From NCBI GenBank assembly GCA_963786955.1, contig CAWBAT010000006.1:864001-928000 (forward strand): a DNA stretch of 64,000 nucleotides, in the 5' to 3' direction. Origin of the DNA: an uncultured Acidimicrobiia bacterium (GTDB lineage Bacteria; Acidobacteriota; Terriglobia; Versatilivoradales; Versatilivoraceae). Made by a program: the position numbers and the translations under genes. The notes below the pieces were generated by a model. It was given only the letters and a program-made list of their open reading frames with translations, ran no database searches and had not been told where the DNA came from. Positions 63,366-64,000 of the stretch are shown in pieces (the stretch's first letter is position 1; every line of letters begins with the position of its first letter).

Positions 63366-64000
63366 ATATCCTCACGGCCTGTCTGGCAATACAATCGGCG
63401 CTGAGAAGGCCGGAAATCTGACACTTTCCGTAATCATCCCGGCCTTGAACGAGGAAGACGGGATAAGTGACATTGTAGAAAGCGTTTTGGCCCTAAGAAA
63501 GGATTTAAAGTCTATCGGGATCACAGGTCTTGAGGTGATTGTTGTCGATGACGGATCAGTTGATGCAACGGCCCAGATCGTTGAAGAAATCAAAGGCGCG
63601 CAACTTGTGAGGCACTCGGTTAACCGGGGATATGGAGCAGCAATCAAAACTGGCTTTGGCCGGGCCAGCGGCAAACTCCTCGCTTTCTTGGATGCCGACA
63701 GTACCTATCCCGCGGAGTGCATCGTCAAATTATGCGAAGTAGCTTTCCTTGAGCAGGCAGATGTTGTCATCGGTTCGCGCCGGTCGGGGTCTGAGAGCCG
63801 CATGCCACCTATCCGGCGTTTTGGGAATCTGATTTGGTCCGCGCTGCTTAGCTTGATTGGAAATTCCAGGGTTGAAGACCCCGCCAGCGGCATGCGTGTC
63901 CTCCGGCGTGATTGCCTGCGGCAGTTATATCCTTTGCCGGACGGCCTGAACTTCACCCCGGTCATGAGCACGCGAGCTTTGCATGAAGGGCTCAAGGTAG
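63358..64000 (+). CDS. Glycosyltransferase family 2, 5' part (runs off the window)
   Basis: Manual translation: MDKYPHG...[14 protein letters not shown]...[12 protein letters not shown]...[11 protein letters not shown]...FLDADSTYP...VIGSR. Confidence 0.9.
   Translation, partial: MDKYPHGLSGNTIGAEKAGNLTLSVIIPALNEEDGISDIVESVLALRKDLKSIGITGLEVIVVDDGSVDATAQIVEEIKGAQLVRHSVNRGYGAAIKTGFGRASGKLLAFLDADSTYPAECIVKLCEVAFLEQADVVIGSRRSGSESRMPPIRRFGNLIWSALLSLIGNSRVEDPASGMRVLRRDCLRQLYPLPDGLNFTPVMSTRALHEGLKV

Overview
Bacterial chromosomal window, probably Acidobacteriota (inferred from Oar-type TonB-dependent receptors, TPR/multiheme/ASPIC-UnbV genes, stand-alone PilZ proteins and a UpxY-led EPS locus). Left to right: two tandem paralogous TonB-dependent receptors sharing a duplicated upstream region with sigma54-type promoter modules; a MacA-like adaptor, ABC ATPase and Cys-rich protein; pyrF and pyrD; a JAB(RadC-like)-DinG helicase; a multi-GAF hybrid histidine kinase; carbohydrate and envelope genes; housekeeping genes (mutL, aspS, hisS, gamma-CA, SOD, fabH, murB); a pentaheme-TPR plus two FG-GAP/ASPIC-UnbV genes; tRNA-Lys and tRNA-Glu followed by island-like debris (deacetylase remnant, HigBA, possible integrase remnant, Tat-secreted unknown); then a regulatory stretch leading into an exopolysaccharide operon (UpxY/NusG paralog, nucleotidyltransferase, GT2s, Wzc, acyltransferase). 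Several genes carry single-base frameshifts that look like long-read errors. Intergenic DNA is full of nested palindromic REP/MITE-like elements. The best candidate for an undescribed system is two paralogous ~100-aa HTH-like proteins with DRR/ERR tails, together with two stand-alone PilZ proteins and an Asp-to-Glu LuxR regulator just upstream of the EPS operon, which may form a c-di-GMP-responsive transcription module. All calls come from motif recognition by eye; no database searches were run.
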